From: an uncultured Mycoplasmatota bacterium
GTDB taxonomy: Bacteria > Bacillota_I > Bacilli_A > RF39 > UBA660
NCBI GenBank assembly: GCA_946630615.1
Contig: CAMOYX010000002.1
Span: forward strand, 1 to 41,422
Direction of reading: 5' to 3'
DNA: 41,422 bases
Within the stretch, counting starts at the first letter, position 1. Each line of letters begins with the position of its first letter. Of the stretch, positions 39,708 through 41,422 are shown in pieces. Both the position numbers and the translations under genes were made by a program. The notes under the pieces were generated by a model that ran no database searches, was not told the origin of the DNA, and saw only the letters and a list, made by a program, of their open reading frames with translations.

Positions 39708-39845
39708 AAAATAACAACTCCTTCAAGTGTATTATAGCACATTAGTTTGTAATTGAATTATTTTTCTCTTTTCCTTATTATATATATAAGAATAGAAATA
39801 AAATAAATTAGATGCTATACTATAGTAACTTTTGGGAGTGATACT

Positions 39846-41093
39846 ATGAATATAAAAGAACTTTCTATAGAGCAATTTACTAAATTTGTTAATGCAAGTC
39901 CACTTGGTACTCATTATCAATCATTAAATTATGCATTACTTATGAGTGAATATGGTTATGAATATGAACTTGTTGGTATGTTTAATGAATATAATCAATT
40001 AAAAGCTGCTAGTTTGATATTATTTAGAAAGATTAGTGGTAGATATAAATATGGTTATGCACCTAAGGGATTTATATTAGATTATTTTAATAAAGAGATT
40101 GTTAAAGAATTTAGTAATGCTTTAGTAGATCATTATAAGAAGAAGCATGTTGTATTTATTAAATTAAATCCTGAGATAGCTATATCTGAATTAGATAAAG
40201 ATAGTGGTATTCCAACATATAATTGGAATTATGAAATAAAGGATATCTTAAAAGATAGTGGATTTATGAAATTAAAGGATAATCTATATTTTGAATCAGC
40301 TTTACCAAGATTTTCTGCTGTTATAAATCTTAAAAATTATGATATTACTAAGGTTAGTAAGAACACTAGAAATAAGATTAATAGAGCTAAACAAAAAGGA
40401 TTACATATTGAAGATGCTGAGAGAAGTGGTATGGATATACTAGATTCTTTTACTCCAAGTGATCATGATAATGAACCTTTCTATTTTAAAGATTTATTTA
40501 ATGTTTATAAGAAGAATGATATGGTTGATTTATTCTTAGTATCTATTGATAAAGAAGAATACTTAATTGACGCTAAAAGATTATTTGAAGAAGAAGAAAT
40601 TAGAAATAATAAGCTAAGTCAAACACTTACTGTATCTAATATGCAAAAAGATATTAATAAGAAGATGGATTCAGATAGAAAGCTAGTTTACTACGCAAAT
40701 GATGTTAGAGAAGCTACTGAAATGAATAAGAACCATTCTAAAGTTTATGTAGCTGGAGCTTTAGTTATTAAATATCATAATAGAATTCAAATTATTTTAA
40801 GTGGATATAATAGAAAGTATAAACACTTTAATCCAAATTATTTCTTACATCATGAAATACTAGAGTATTATAAAGATAAATATGAATATGCTGAACTTGG
40901 TGGTATAACAGGAGACTTTACTATGGCTAATCCTTATAGAGGATTAAATAAGTTTAAGTTAGGTTTTAATCCAAAAGTATATGAATATATTGGAGAATAT
41001 GACTTACCTATTAATGAAAAGTTATACATTAAATATAGAAGTAATGGTACTTTAGCAAGATTATTAAATAAAAAGAATATTAAAAGAAAATAA
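39846..41093 (+). CDS. FemAB-family aminoacyl-tRNA-dependent peptidoglycan interpeptide-bridge transferase (FemX/MurM-like)
   Basis: 415 aa, with the bilobed GNAT-like FemAB pattern (HYQSLNYALLM..., GYAPKGFILDY, coiled-coil insert around aa 245-290, and C-terminal YNFGGI-like ELGGITG). Confidence 0.8.
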   Translation: MNIKELSIEQFTKFVNASPLGTHYQSLNYALLMSEYGYEYELVGMFNEYNQLKAASLILFRKISGRYKYGYAPKGFILDYFNKEIVKEFSNALVDHYKKKHVVFIKLNPEIAISELDKDSGIPTYNWNYEIKDILKDSGFMKLKDNLYFESALPRFSAVINLKNYDITKVSKNTRNKINRAKQKGLHIEDAERSGMDILDSFTPSDHDNEPFYFKDLFNVYKKNDMVDLFLVSIDKEEYLIDAKRLFEEEEIRNNKLSQTLTVSNMQKDINKKMDSDRKLVYYANDVREATEMNKNHSKVYVAGALVIKYHNRIQIILSGYNRKYKHFNPNYFLHHEILEYYKDKYEYAELGGITGDFTMANPYRGLNKFKLGFNPKVYEYIGEYDLPINEKLYIKYRSNGTLARLLNKKNIKRK

Positions 41094-41120
41094 AGGTTAC
41101 ACATGTGTGTAACCTTTTTT
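41093..41120 (+). terminator. Terminator of the FemAB-family gene
   Basis: 10-bp stem AAGGTTACAC(41093-41102)/GTGTAACCTT(41107-41116), then TTTT. Confidence 0.8.
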
Positions 41121-41126
41121 AATAAA

Positions 41127-41158
41127 TAAAAAAAGATAATCAAATGATTATCTTTTTT
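41127..41158 (-). terminator. tuf terminator
   Basis: Stem GATAATCA(41135-41142)/TGATTATC(41145-41152), with a plus-strand A-run at 41127-41134. Confidence 0.7.
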
Positions 41159-41173
41159 AGTTACTGATTATAA

Positions 41174-41422
41174 TTATTCAATAATTTCTGAAACTACACC
41201 AGCACCAACTGTTCTACCACCCTCACGGATAGAGAATTTAGTACCGTTTTCAAGAGCTACTGGAGCAATTAAATCAACTGTCATATTAACGTTGTCACCT
41301 GGCATAACCATTTCAACGCCTTCTGGTAATGTAATAACACCAGTTACGTCAGTAGTTCTTACAAAGAATTGTGGTCTGTAGTTTGTGAAGAATGGAGTAT
41401 GACGTCCACCTTCTTCTTTAGT
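41174..41422 (-). CDS. tuf: Elongation factor Tu, 3' end only (C-terminal 82 aa; the gene continues beyond the window)
   Basis: My translation is ...[82 protein letters not shown], with a TAA stop at 41174-41176. Confidence 0.95.
   Translation of the reverse strand, partial: TKEEGGRHTPFFTNYRPQFFVRTTDVTGVITLPEGVEMVMPGDNVNMTVDLIAPVALENGTKFSIREGGRTVGAGVVSEIIE

Noticed and set aside
39130-39714. 194-aa plus-strand ORF, with similar long antisense ORFs at 4346-4726, 2228-2656, 6556-6924, 18340-18750, 29834-30175, 32952-33407 and elsewhere.
   Set aside because: Each lies entirely opposite a gene with clear homology or a membrane-protein signature. They lack an SD and encode low-complexity Ile/Ser/Phe-rich sequence. 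These are shadow ORFs, typical of AT-rich coding DNA.
39732-39920. 62-aa minus-strand ORF spanning the divergent promoter region and the 5' end of the FemAB-family gene.
   Set aside because: It has no SD, overlaps a well-supported plus-strand CDS and both promoters, and encodes low-complexity sequence.

Overview
This is a very AT-rich 41.4 kb chromosomal segment from a low-GC Bacillota-type bacterium. It has a cell wall, since a FemAB-family gene is present. The proteins and gene order suggest Erysipelotrichia or a Mollicutes-related lineage, but that is inference only.

The core, 21.2-35.2 kb on the minus strand, is an uninterrupted S10-spc-alpha ribosomal superoperon running rpsJ to rplQ. 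It holds 24 r-protein genes plus secY, adk, map, infA and rpoA. rpmD (L30) is absent. trpS follows the operon. On the promoter-proximal (higher-coordinate) side of rpsJ lie a YfcC-family permease, a LysRS with a C-terminal tRNA-binding domain, a DUF308/HdeD-like membrane protein, a FemAB-family transferase (+), and the 3' end of tuf.

The left half (0.3-20 kb) mixes housekeeping genes with many lineage-specific small genes. The housekeeping genes are a Ca-type P-type ATPase, a NatAB-like ABC exporter, tdk, tex, and a plant-type iPGM carrying an extra Mrr-like C-terminal domain. The lineage-specific genes include small membrane-anchored or zinc-ribbon proteins, a 5-repeat helicase-associated (HA) domain protein, and a tightly coupled 3-gene operon (coiled-coil protein plus two small proteins) sharing an LxxxG helical-repeat module.

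I found no rRNA, tRNA, CRISPR array, IS element or prophage.

The most notable observations:
- None of the 57 reading frames I checked ends in TGA (42 TAA, 15 TAG). The only in-frame TGAs lie inside otherwise intact frames at 723-1389, which raises the possibility that TGA is unassigned or reassigned in this organism.
- Two core enzymes, iPGM and LysRS, are fused to nucleic-acid-related domains.
- There is an orphan promoter-hairpin-terminator unit, a candidate sRNA, at 19915-20027.
- The three-gene operon at 17437-19260 is uncharacterised.

Several track ORF starts are over-extended, some through GTG codons, and were trimmed to the ATG that follows a Shine-Dalgarno sequence.
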